From the NCBI GenBank assembly GCA_963677485.1, contig OY781964.1:3616001-3680000 (forward strand): a stretch of 64,000 bases of DNA, given 5' to 3'. The notes below the pieces were generated by a model. That model was given only the letters and a program-made list of their open reading frames with translations. It was not told the origin of the DNA and made no database searches. Position 1 is the first letter of the stretch; the number at the start of each line of letters is the position of its first letter. Shown here one piece after another: positions 18,461-27,994 of the stretch. A program made the position numbers and the translations under genes. The stretch is from Armatimonadota bacterium (GTDB lineage Bacteria > Armatimonadota > HRBIN16).

Positions 18461-19246
18461 TTAAGAGATGAGTGCTTGTTCTTTACTGAACAGCCTGCGA
18501 AAGGCCATGCCGATAATCGACAGGCTGCCAATGGCGGTCGCGGTGGTCATCATAAACATCACCACGATCTGGTATTTCACGGCCATCCGTGGGTCCGCTC
18601 CGCCGATGATCTGGCCCGTCATCATGCCGGGCAGGCTGACGATGCCCACCACCATCAGCGCGTTGATGCTGGGGGTCATGCCGACCTGCAGCGCGGCTCT
18701 GACGGAGTCAATCACCGATTCCCAGGGCGAGGCTCCCATTGCCAGGCGCTGTTCGATTTCGTCTCGCCGGAGCCGTGCCTCGCGGAACAGACTTTCCACC
18801 GACAGGCTCATGGCGGTCATGCTGTTGCCTAATAGCATCCCGCAAATGGGGATGGCCACTCGCGGCGACCACACCGGCACCGGCCTGATGATACCGCCCA
18901 GCACGATCACCGCCGTCAGCAGGGTGCTGGTCCACAGGCTGGTGAAGGCCATCCACTTGGGCAGTCCTTTTGCGGAGGGGGCTCTCTTTAGCGCATCATG
19001 CGTGGCGGCGGTACTCATCACGCAGAACACCAGCAGCACCAGCCAAAGGTTGGCGTTGTGAAACAGCCAAACCAGTACATATCCTGTGACCGTCAGTTGC
19101 ACGATGGTGCGCACAGCACCTACCAGTAGATTGCGCCATAGTCCCAGCCCCATCAAGGCACTGATGCCGCCCGTGAGCAGCAGCAGTAGGGCACTCAGCA
19201 TCAACTGCCCGTCTGAGATGGGGATGACACCGGTATGGGCTGACAT
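18461..19246 (-). CDS. FetB/YbbM (UPF0014) ABC-type permease
   Basis: RTIVQL..GYVL, IPICGMLLGNSM, GIVSLPGMMTGQIIGGADP..AVKYQI. Confidence 0.85.
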   Translation of the reverse strand: MSAHTGVIPISDGQLMLSALLLLLTGGISALMGLGLWRNLLVGAVRTIVQLTVTGYVLVWLFHNANLWLVLLVFCVMSTAATHDALKRAPSAKGLPKWMAFTSLWTSTLLTAVIVLGGIIRPVPVWSPRVAIPICGMLLGNSMTAMSLSVESLFREARLRRDEIEQRLAMGASPWESVIDSVRAALQVGMTPSINALMVVGIVSLPGMMTGQIIGGADPRMAVKYQIVVMFMMTTATAIGSLSIIGMAFRRLFSKEQALIS

Positions 19247-19248
19247 CG

Positions 19249-20481
19249 CTACCGGCCCGACTTCTCTTTAACGGCAGGGGAGTTCACCATGATGGCTTTA
19301 TCTTTCATACCTAGTGTGTAGTTGCTGTATTTCAGTGCTTTGCTGGTGAGCTGGGGCAGCGCACTGAGAAGCCATACGCCGTTCTTTTTAACCATCGGCA
19401 GCAGTAAACCGCTTTGAGATGGGTCTGGCTGGTAGATGGCGATGCCTTCCAGACTGACGTTTGCGCTGGCTGTGGTTCCGCGCGACGACACCAGTAATAC
19501 CCACATTGGCACCCACGAGGGGAGTTTTACACATGATTCGGGCCTGTCGGACTTCAGAGCACTGATGCCAAACTGGGCTCGGATGGGTTCAATCTGTTTG
19601 GCATTTAACCCTGTTTTCGGTGAGCTGCCATATAGGTAGAGCGCGTTCAGCGTATTGAGGTTGCCATGCACCATCGCTCCCGCAACGGCTTGAGCACTGG
19701 CTACCATGCCTGCAAACTCGCTGGAGCTCTGCTTATATACGGCGTTACTGAGCCGCCAGTCCTTCAGTTTCTGTGGCTTTTTGCTGGATTTGGCCGCATC
19801 AGGCTTCACGACGGGTTTCGGTTTGGGCTTTATGCTGACCGGTGCTGGCTTGACGGCTGGCTTGGCAGGGGACGGCAGCTTAGGAGCCAGTATGAACATC
19901 GCGAGGGCCTTATCTTTCTTGTCGGCTGTATTGACCTCGAGAACACTGTTTAGCTTATTCTGGCTGGCGATATAGTCGAAATACCAGTCGTTGTTGACCT
20001 TAACGAAGTGAAAGAGATACCCATCCATCTTGATGGCGTCAGGAAGCCCTTCGAGACTGAAGATGGGGTTGGGCTCAGTGCCGGGGATCATCGCCACCCA
20101 GGCCTCTTCGGAGCTGCTCGAAAGCACCTTGACGCTGTAGTCCAGTCCCATTTGCAGGTTGTGGGTCATCGTCAAAAGGTGGTTCATTCCCAAATCTTTA
20201 GTGAAGCAGGCGTCAATCAGTGGCTTTGAATTCACGTCCAGCCGATCAAGCACCGCTGCTCGGTCACGGGCGCGCAGGGCCGCAATGAAGTGCTGGAGTG
20301 CGCCTTCGGGCTGGTCGATGTTCGGGATATAGATCATCCAAGCCACACCGTTGCGCCAAGGGATCACACCATTGGCCGGTTTTACGGCGGTTGTTGGTGC
20401 GGAGCCGCCGCCCATCATCTGAGCCGATGCGAGCTGTGCGCAGAGTAACACGATCGCTACGCATTTGAGCAGATACTTCAA
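19249..20481 (-). CDS. Hypothetical secreted protein, two domains joined by a Pro/Lys linker
   Basis: TTG start with GGAGG, signal peptide ending ASA-Q, PAKPAVKPAP linker. Confidence 0.6.
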   Translation of the reverse strand: MKYLLKCVAIVLLCAQLASAQMMGGGSAPTTAVKPANGVIPWRNGVAWMIYIPNIDQPEGALQHFIAALRARDRAAVLDRLDVNSKPLIDACFTKDLGMNHLLTMTHNLQMGLDYSVKVLSSSSEEAWVAMIPGTEPNPIFSLEGLPDAIKMDGYLFHFVKVNNDWYFDYIASQNKLNSVLEVNTADKKDKALAMFILAPKLPSPAKPAVKPAPVSIKPKPKPVVKPDAAKSSKKPQKLKDWRLSNAVYKQSSSEFAGMVASAQAVAGAMVHGNLNTLNALYLYGSSPKTGLNAKQIEPIRAQFGISALKSDRPESCVKLPSWVPMWVLLVSSRGTTASANVSLEGIAIYQPDPSQSGLLLPMVKKNGVWLLSALPQLTSKALKYSNYTLGMKDKAIMVNSPAVKEKSGR

Positions 20482-20621
20482 TCCCGGCGTCCTCCGAATA
20501 TATAGAAAAAACATGAAAATGCAGTGTATTGTGCAGCTTTTTTGTGCTCCACCGTGTTAAGTGTAGCACGGATAAGCACCTGGTGCTCGATACCAACCAT
20601 CACACCCAGTAGAATATTAGT

Positions 20622-21569
20622 ATGAAATGGCTTTACAGAATAGGCTTGCCACACTATGCTCAGTGGACACTGCTATACCTTCTGCTGGTCGCCCTTGCGA
20701 AGACGGGTGAACCGCTGGGTTGGTGGCCGTTTATACTGGTGGATTACCTTCCTGTGATTGGCCTGCTGGCACCCGTGTTTATTGTGGCCATCATATATGG
20801 TTTGTGCCGTTGGCCGCGGCCGGCCTGGATCCTAGGTCTATCTGGCTTGATCTGTCTGGTTTTCTGGACAGATTGGATTCCCTTCCGCCCACAGCCTGCG
20901 TCCTTCCGCGGCGCCATCCGACTGATCACTTGGAACACCAAGTGGAACGGCGGGTTGGCTGAGGTGCCGGCTTTGCTGAAGCGTGAACACCCCGATGTGC
21001 TGTGCCTGCAGGAGATTATGGCGGAGGGACGCACAAACCCGTTGTGGCAGAGGCTGCGGAAGCAGGGCTGGTCTGTGATCCAACAGCGGCAGTACGCGGT
21101 GATCAGCCGGTATCCTGCGCAGATGACCAGCCTGAACCCAAACATGATGGCGGTGGAGCTTCGCATCGATAAAGCCCGGTTGCGTATCACCACGGCCCAC
21201 CTTTGGCTGCCGTATAACATGTTCGCCAAGACTCCGCGGCAGTATCAGCGCAGCCTCTGGCCGATGTCTTGGTATCGGAACAAGCAGGTCGATGCCATCA
21301 TGGACGCACACCCGCAGCCCGACATCGTGTGCGGCGATATGAATTCGCCGTCCCACACTGCCCTGTTGGACAGGTTCTTAGCGCGATATCAAGATAGCCA
21401 TCTCGCCGGCGGCGTGGGTTCTGGCATGAGCTACCCAAGCCGATTTCCGCTGCTGCGTATCGATCATGTGTTCTTGGCACACCGCCTGCGGGTGCTCAAG
21501 AGCCGCGTGCTGCGGCTTCCCGGCTCCGACCACCGCGCGGTGATGGTGGAGTTTCTCCTGAAGCGGTAG
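20622..21569 (+). CDS. Membrane-anchored endonuclease/exonuclease/phosphatase (EEP) family protein
   Basis: TWN, DVLCLQE, GDMN, RIDHVF, GSDHRAV. Confidence 0.85.
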   Translation: MKWLYRIGLPHYAQWTLLYLLLVALAKTGEPLGWWPFILVDYLPVIGLLAPVFIVAIIYGLCRWPRPAWILGLSGLICLVFWTDWIPFRPQPASFRGAIRLITWNTKWNGGLAEVPALLKREHPDVLCLQEIMAEGRTNPLWQRLRKQGWSVIQQRQYAVISRYPAQMTSLNPNMMAVELRIDKARLRITTAHLWLPYNMFAKTPRQYQRSLWPMSWYRNKQVDAIMDAHPQPDIVCGDMNSPSHTALLDRFLARYQDSHLAGGVGSGMSYPSRFPLLRIDHVFLAHRLRVLKSRVLRLPGSDHRAVMVEFLLKR

Positions 21570-21571
21570 TT

Positions 21572-21786
21572 ATTTTTAACCACGAATGAACGCGAATGAA
21601 CGCGAATGGGGAAGAGGCTTCCAACGCAAATGCGCAAAGGTGCAAAGGCGCAAAGTGGGGGGGTGACTGCGCCGGTGCGCCACATTATGTCCTACTCGTC
21701 TTACTCATCCTACTGGTCCTATTTGGTTGTTATTTACCGCGGATGAACGCGAATGAACGCGAATGGGAAAGCCTCACGCGAAGACG
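21572..21786. repeat. Composite intergenic repeat, same family as 8521..8893
   Basis: AACCACGAATGAACGCGAATGAACGCGAATGGG, GTCCTACTCGTCTTACTCATCCTA, CTCACGCGAAGACG. Confidence 0.8.
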
Positions 21787-21796
21787 TTCCCAGGGT

Positions 21797-23746
21797 TTAT
21801 TCGCCGCTCGTCTTCGGCGGTTCATATGCCACCCCGTCAACGGTCACGCCGGAGACAAACGGCCCAATCCGCAGGTTGACCAGGTTACCGGCGGTGAGTC
21901 GGCTTTTCCCCCAAATCACGTTGCGGAAAGCCACACCACGAACACCGTGTTCCGAATCGGCACCCTGAATGGTGGAGACATACTCGTTCTCCCCGCTGTA
22001 GCGGATGTTTTGAAACAACAGGTTCTGTATCTTGCCGGCCGGGTAGTCACGGCTGGTGGTTTCGATGTGCAGCAGCGATGCGATCTCCGGGGCACGGAAC
22101 CGCTCAATTCGGAGGTTCCGAAACTGAAGGTCGGCAATGGTATTTCCACCGGTGGCCACCAGGTGGACCATACCACCAGCATAAGCCATGTCCCACACAT
22201 TATGAACGTTCAAGATGTCGCAACTATCGATGGTCACCCCGGTGATGTCGCCATGCGTTTTGTCCAGGCCGATCAGAAAAACGCGGGCACCGTCGCTCCA
22301 GAAGACACAGTTTTTGACCGTGATATCTTTTGCGGGGCCATAGTGATACATCACGAACAGGTCGTCGGTAGTGCGGATGAAGCACCCTTGCACCACGCCG
22401 GTGGTCACGCGGCTCATGTGGATGCCATCGCCGTTGAACACCGATCCGAACACATTGATATTACGAACAGTGGCATTCTTGGAGCCATTCACGACCACCG
22501 CCCACATGGGCGAATCCAGCACGGTGATCCCCTCGATGGTGATCCTGTCTGTGTTTTCGCACCATATGGCTGAGGTGCGCGCTTCGTTGAGCTGGGTACC
22601 GGGTTCGTGCAGCAGATCCGAGGCGTCCAGCACGCCTCGGCCTTTGATGGTCAGGTTGCGACGACCGTCGGAGCGGATGGCCCCTTTGACCACCGCTCCA
22701 GGGGCCAGGTATAGCGTGACATCGTCTTGGGTAAGGAAGAACACCTCACTCGCGCGAATGTTGCCGTACGGCGTGGTGTAGTTCTCCTGGGCCACAACGG
22801 CGAAACCTTCGAGCGCGCCATTCACCGCTTTCCCGTTGCTGACTACGCGTTTGCTCCCGGCTTCATACACCTTGAAAGCGGTGATGTAGTTGGAGTGGGG
22901 CCATCGGAAGGAGGCCTCTTTACGCTCGTTGTTGGAATTGCCCAGCAGCACCAGCCGCACACATCGTGCGCTGACAGGAGGGAAGGGCACTTCGCGTAGG
23001 TCGGTCTCGAAGTTCGCCAAGTTCTCGCAGGCGGTCTTCCAGGGTTCAGTCGCGTTCTGACGGTACTGGATGCGATAATTCTGACCACCGGGTACCTGCC
23101 AGGGCTTCAACGGTCCGCTGAGCAGGTCGAACCGGTCGACACGATATACCGCACCCAGATCGAAATCGATCCACAGACCGCGGGGCAGATGATGCATGCC
23201 TGGCTTGAAAAAGTATATGGATTTGCCTTTCGGCAGCGTGCGGGGGATATCTTGACCCGGTTCGATGACCAGCACCGCAGGGTCGTTCTCGCGCGGGGCG
23301 TCTTTCTCCAGCGGGTTACTGAGGATGTGCAGGCAGTCCTCTTCCCAGTTGTCATTGGCGCGCAGCACCATCTTCCGCGGCGCGTTGGCATTTTGTCGGA
23401 CGGTAAAATAAAGCGTGTTACCCTCTTTGCGGACGGGAATTTTGTATGACAGCGGAGACAAGTGTGAAGTGGTCAGCGTCCCCTTCATATAGGTAGCCCT
23501 GAACTCCACGACACCATCAAAGTCAAGCGTGATAAGGGAGGTACCGACCGGTCCGCGGAACGGTATGCCAGCCTTCACCAACAGCGGATCGACCACCCCG
23601 ATAGCACCTTGATGCCCAATCTTGACCGTGCTGACGAAGAGCTCGGTCCAGTCATTTGTGCCGACCTCCCGCACGGCGACCTGCCAGGTCTCGTTGGATT
23701 GGGTTCCTGCAGGCTGCTGCCAGGTCACCAGATTGCTTTTCCGCAT
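21797..23746 (-). CDS. Pectin-lyase-fold (GH28/GH49-like) glycosidase with inserted discoidin/CBM32-like domain
   Basis: YFFKPGMH..[IDFDLG..ARCVRL insert]..YLAPGAVVKGAI..GRGVLD..DSPMW..NGDGI..TTDD. Confidence 0.7.
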   Translation of the reverse strand: MRKSNLVTWQQPAGTQSNETWQVAVREVGTNDWTELFVSTVKIGHQGAIGVVDPLLVKAGIPFRGPVGTSLITLDFDGVVEFRATYMKGTLTTSHLSPLSYKIPVRKEGNTLYFTVRQNANAPRKMVLRANDNWEEDCLHILSNPLEKDAPRENDPAVLVIEPGQDIPRTLPKGKSIYFFKPGMHHLPRGLWIDFDLGAVYRVDRFDLLSGPLKPWQVPGGQNYRIQYRQNATEPWKTACENLANFETDLREVPFPPVSARCVRLVLLGNSNNERKEASFRWPHSNYITAFKVYEAGSKRVVSNGKAVNGALEGFAVVAQENYTTPYGNIRASEVFFLTQDDVTLYLAPGAVVKGAIRSDGRRNLTIKGRGVLDASDLLHEPGTQLNEARTSAIWCENTDRITIEGITVLDSPMWAVVVNGSKNATVRNINVFGSVFNGDGIHMSRVTTGVVQGCFIRTTDDLFVMYHYGPAKDITVKNCVFWSDGARVFLIGLDKTHGDITGVTIDSCDILNVHNVWDMAYAGGMVHLVATGGNTIADLQFRNLRIERFRAPEIASLLHIETTSRDYPAGKIQNLLFQNIRYSGENEYVSTIQGADSEHGVRGVAFRNVIWGKSRLTAGNLVNLRIGPFVSGVTVDGVAYEPPKTSGE

Positions 23747-24011
23747 GTTTGTGTTTCCTTGTGGTCAGTGTTCGCTTACGGGGTTAGTATTCGGTGACTA
23801 GGCGCCGTAATCCTCTGTGTGCGTAGGTGCGTCACCATGTGTGGTGCAGTGGAATTCGTGGATGGCCCTTGTGGCCATCCGGAACCACAATGCGCATAAT
23901 ATGCACTCACCACCGCGCCCTAAAGGACACGGCTATTACCCAAAAGTCCGAACGCGGGGTTATATCGTTGTATAACTATATATGCCTGCCCTACCACGCG
24001 CTAAAGCACAT

Positions 24012-24138
24012 GGCTATTGATCAGCAAGCCTGCTGAAGCAGGCTGCACCACATCGCATTGTGGCTGGATGCGGCACCCAGACTGCTTCAGCAGGCTTGGT
24101 CGGTCAATAGCCGAGACATTTATGTCGCGGAATCGGTG
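24012..24138. repeat. Inverted pair of REP-like elements
   Basis: GGCTATTGA..AAGCCTGCTGAAGCAG at 24012-24045 is inverted at 24078-24112; ATTTATGTCGCGGAATCGGTG at 24118 also at 15286. Confidence 0.6.
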
Positions 24139-24341
24139 GCCACATACCTGCTACTCATCTATGGGTAACTGGCTGGGTTCAATCAGCCTGACCACACGGC
24201 TGATCATTATGGGCCGACATCGAACCGCTAACTAAAGATGATGTTGTATGGCAAGGGCGATCCGACATGATGAGATAGCCCCCGATTAAGATGTGGCAGG
24301 AGGAACTCGCAGCAATACAAAATCCACCAAAGAAACATCGA

Positions 24342-26936
24342 CTAAACGTTACATTGCACAATCCGTACAATTTCGTCAACACAACCGGCGCAATTGCGGA
24401 TGACGGCCGCAATTTCCGCCCGTTTTTCCTTGTCCTGCAATATCTTCAGCGTGACATTGAACCCGCCTCCGAGCGCCTCTAGATCGCTGCCGTTGTCATT
24501 GTTCCACATCTGACCCATGCGGCGATACAATTCTTTGACTTCGTCAAGCCAAATATAATCGGGATTGAGTTGCTGGGCCTTATCCAAAAATCCGTAGCAA
24601 CAACTACCATTGGTAGCAAGAACACAGACATAGTTGGTGTAGTATGACCATATGTCAAAGTCATCGGGTGTCATACTGTCGAATTTCCCGGCCTCAATAT
24701 CCTTGGCCCATGCCCTGAAAGCCTCCGCACCGAAACAATAGGTGTCTGATTTCATGTTCAGGTGTTGTGGTATCGCGGCGATGGCATTCCGGTATATTTG
24801 AGCGAGTGGAAGGCTTTCCTTTTTCTCTCCCACAAAAATCAAGCCACCTTTGCTTATCGCCTCATCAACCGTCACACGATCGGGTTGATTGTTGTTGCCC
24901 GTGATATAGAGCAGAATCTTCCCATTTTCCTCATAGCCGACATAAATGCCGACAAGAGAGTTGCCCCAAGTGATGACGGGTATCCCCTTGTCGATATATG
25001 CCATCAGCGTGTTCAGATACATCTCTGTGTTTTCGCTGAACTCCTCCTTGGAAACATAGGTAGCAGCGTAGCCGCACTTAGCGAAGGTATCCTTAACATA
25101 TTGCTTGGGATTTTCGTCCATCATATAGCTCGATAAGGCATCGCCGGAGTATTTCGTGTAGCTGTAATGCTGCGTGAACAGGTCGCCGGTTAATCCCGCG
25201 AAAAACCAGTAGTCATATTCCGATTCGCCCAAACACTCCATCACATATTTCGCACAGCCATTGAACCAGTAGTTTTCACCGTATTCGTCGGTGACAAGGC
25301 GGTGAATGACAGGGATTATGTTGTTACTTTGTTTCGTAACCATGGTCAGTTCTCCTTTGAGTTTGTTCTTTTTCATATCGGTGAGCTGCGAAACTTGGAT
25401 GGAACGAAAAAACAGCTTGTCATTCCCATGTGCGCCGATGACGATAGGACAGGCCTCTTCACGGCTCAGATCCAGTGACATATATGGGAAGTTCACGCCG
25501 CAGTAGCGTACATCGCCGTTGATAATGACAACAAGGTGTTTTTGGCCCACAATCCATGTCAACCGGTTTAGGCTATCTTTATTGATGGCGCCACGGCCCG
25601 GCAAATTGAAACTGTCCCAGAATAGAGGCTGGTGAAAACGGATGGCTTGGGTCATTTGCTCATTATCATTGCCCATGTTGACACCAAAGCCCCTTCTGCC
25701 TATGTTTCCTGTGGAATAGCCGGTGTCCTCGCTGTGGTAGAAAGCGAGACCAGTAATCCCTTCGCCGGAAACCCGAAATTCAATGTCAACTCGGAAAGGT
25801 AGTTTGACAGATATGTGGGTGTTCAGTACGGCTCTGATGATCCAACCGATGTATTCCGCTTCGCCGTTCTCGTTTATTCGAAATTGCGAGTTATTCACGT
25901 GGGTCTGTGTCAGACTGGCCAGTGGAACGTCAGTTTTCCATAGAGTGGGGTTCGCCGCTTCTATTTCTGCAATGGAAATGCCGGTCACTTCTTCCGCTTG
26001 ATTAAACAGCGCAGGATCGGCCATACGCTTTTTCACCGGCATCAGCAGAGCGACAAGCTCCCGTTGGTCGTCAGGAGAAATCAAATCTTCCAGCATCGCC
26101 GCATGGCGTAGACTACCATCGCTCCGATAATCGATCTGGTAGTATTTATTGGTATCAAAATCTTTAATCAAAGCGCCGAATCGCCCCCCGATATCTTCGT
26201 CCAAATAGACATTGGCTACCGCGAACAACCCACCGTCGAACATATAGTCGGAGTAATCGCCGTCATTCACAAAATCATTGGCGACCCGTAATACAAGCAC
26301 GTCGCCGGCTTCCGTTTGAAATTCAAATTGCTCATGCCGCCCTGGTTCGCCGTACGGGATACCTTTCGTCTGCACCCAGCGCCAGAAACCGTCTGGGTCA
26401 CTTCTCCCATCCTTACGTACCGACGATAGGACGCGCATAGGCGGCAAAGGTAGTATAGACGGCTCAACGGGCTTTCCCAGCTTGTCCGACAGTTCAGACA
26501 GCTCCTTGTAGTTGATAGTATTACGCTTATCCAGAGTATCAAGCTGTTTTTCCATTTGATCATACAGGAATGGTAACGCAGAGATTTTAGTGACGCCGTT
26601 TTGGAGCATGACCTGGAGAAACACATCCGTAATTCGTTTAAGCTCAGACAATGCTCCAATTTCATCGTCAAGATCATTGATGCGTTTTGTAAATACTTCA
26701 ACGACTGTACGCATATCCTCGTCTTCGTAAATGCGAATAATATCTCTAATTGATATCTGCATTTTGCGGAGTATGATGATTTGCCTTATTCGTTCGACTT
26801 CCGCTTCGTCATAGTATCTGTAGTTATTACTGTCGGCGCGTTTGGCTTCCAATAGCCCAACACGCTCATAGTAACGCAGCGTTTTTGATGTCACGCCGAA
26901 TAATTTCACCGCATCGGTAATACATAACCCATCCAT
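24342..26936 (-). CDS. Multidomain MerR-family regulator (MerR HTH, GyrI-like, beta-sandwich, C39/BtrH-like C-terminal domain)
   Basis: GVTSKTLRYYERVGLL..NYRYY; GGAGGTG RBS; C-term NGCAKYVMECLG..IDKGIPVI. Confidence 0.75.
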   Translation of the reverse strand: MDGLCITDAVKLFGVTSKTLRYYERVGLLEAKRADSNNYRYYDEAEVERIRQIIILRKMQISIRDIIRIYEDEDMRTVVEVFTKRINDLDDEIGALSELKRITDVFLQVMLQNGVTKISALPFLYDQMEKQLDTLDKRNTINYKELSELSDKLGKPVEPSILPLPPMRVLSSVRKDGRSDPDGFWRWVQTKGIPYGEPGRHEQFEFQTEAGDVLVLRVANDFVNDGDYSDYMFDGGLFAVANVYLDEDIGGRFGALIKDFDTNKYYQIDYRSDGSLRHAAMLEDLISPDDQRELVALLMPVKKRMADPALFNQAEEVTGISIAEIEAANPTLWKTDVPLASLTQTHVNNSQFRINENGEAEYIGWIIRAVLNTHISVKLPFRVDIEFRVSGEGITGLAFYHSEDTGYSTGNIGRRGFGVNMGNDNEQMTQAIRFHQPLFWDSFNLPGRGAINKDSLNRLTWIVGQKHLVVIINGDVRYCGVNFPYMSLDLSREEACPIVIGAHGNDKLFFRSIQVSQLTDMKKNKLKGELTMVTKQSNNIIPVIHRLVTDEYGENYWFNGCAKYVMECLGESEYDYWFFAGLTGDLFTQHYSYTKYSGDALSSYMMDENPKQYVKDTFAKCGYAATYVSKEEFSENTEMYLNTLMAYIDKGIPVITWGNSLVGIYVGYEENGKILLYITGNNNQPDRVTVDEAISKGGLIFVGEKKESLPLAQIYRNAIAAIPQHLNMKSDTYCFGAEAFRAWAKDIEAGKFDSMTPDDFDIWSYYTNYVCVLATNGSCCYGFLDKAQQLNPDYIWLDEVKELYRRMGQMWNNDNGSDLEALGGGFNVTLKILQDKEKRAEIAAVIRNCAGCVDEIVRIVQCNV

Positions 26937-26957
26937 AATCATCACCTCCATGCAAAT

Positions 26958-26988
26958 AGTATAGCGGTTGTCCCAAGGACAATGTCAA
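26958..26988 (-). promoter_or_regulatory. MerR-type promoter/operator
   Basis: Minus strand TTGACA-19 nt-TATACT with dyad TTGTCC-ttg-GGACAA in the spacer. Confidence 0.85.
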
Positions 26989-27303
26989 CAGGATTTTGCA
27001 TATATCTGTGGGTATTTCGAAAATGGGAGTCAGCTAGAATAGGTTTCTCGAATCGAAACCCGTGGAGAGCTGGATTCCACGGATTGGGAGAGGTGCCCGT
27101 CTGGTCATCTGTGCCGTAGGTTCTGTCGCCCCGTCTATTACTCACAAATACAGATTAGGTTTCCCAACACGCTCACGAGATGCTACAAGAAGGAACAACT
27201 TAACATCCGTGCATTCTTGATACGTACAAATGTAGAGCAGGAGGGTTATGCCTACAGAATGGTCACAGAGTGGCTAGATCAACACTAAGGTAAACTGAGT
27301 GCT

Positions 27304-27966
27304 CTATTTTGTATTCCATGGAATGGGATTGCTTGGCTCAAATGTTCCGACCATAATCGGCGATTTTTCCGCTGATTCCGGATTGGTAGCTTGGTCAACT
27401 TGATACAAAAACCCGGTCTTTCCGTATCTGCCGAGTTTGCTTTGATCGTAGTGGTCACTATCCATACATATATTGACGGCTTTCAGTGCCACTGTCACGT
27501 CCTCTTGGCCAAAGAAACCGGTGTTCTCAAATAGCTCATGTTCCCACAAATACTCACATTCGATATTCAAAAAACACTCTTTAATACGCGGCGCATTCAC
27601 CTTCACGGCCATCTCTGCTGTTAGGCCGGTAGTGGTAATTTCATCTGTGTCAAATTCATTGTTGCCAATGGTTTTGATACAGCGGTCATATATGTCATAT
27701 GTAGGGAAGTTCAGCACGCAAACCCCGGTCTCTTTGAGGGATTGATACATATGTCCGCCTTTTGGGACTGCGCCCATGATACAGACAAATTCATCATTCC
27801 CGCCTCCCACAAAGGTCGACCAGGATTGGAGACAGGCGTTTTCTTTCCCATTTGATTTCCAGCCAGTCACGACGAATACCAATGATGGCATGGCAGTTAG
27901 AAAACCCTGCCATGTACACCATGGTTCGGTCATTTTTTCAGGCCTTGCGGAAAAATCAATTTTCAT
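27304..27966 (-). CDS. Flavin reductase-like (flavoredoxin) protein
   Basis: VVTG..NGKENAC..VCVLNFP..VNAPRIKECFLNIEC; AAGGAG RBS. Confidence 0.75.
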   Translation of the reverse strand: MKIDFSARPEKMTEPWCTWQGFLTAMPSLVFVVTGWKSNGKENACLQSWSTFVGGGNDEFVCIMGAVPKGGHMYQSLKETGVCVLNFPTYDIYDRCIKTIGNNEFDTDEITTTGLTAEMAVKVNAPRIKECFLNIECEYLWEHELFENTGFFGQEDVTVALKAVNICMDSDHYDQSKLGRYGKTGFLYQVDQATNPESAEKSPIMVGTFEPSNPIPWNTK

Positions 27967-27994
27967 AACACAATGCTCTCCTTGTTTTATGAAA

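Noticed and set aside
21596-22573. 325-aa plus-strand ORF
   Set aside because: Starts in a repeat and is the antisense shadow of the glycosidase
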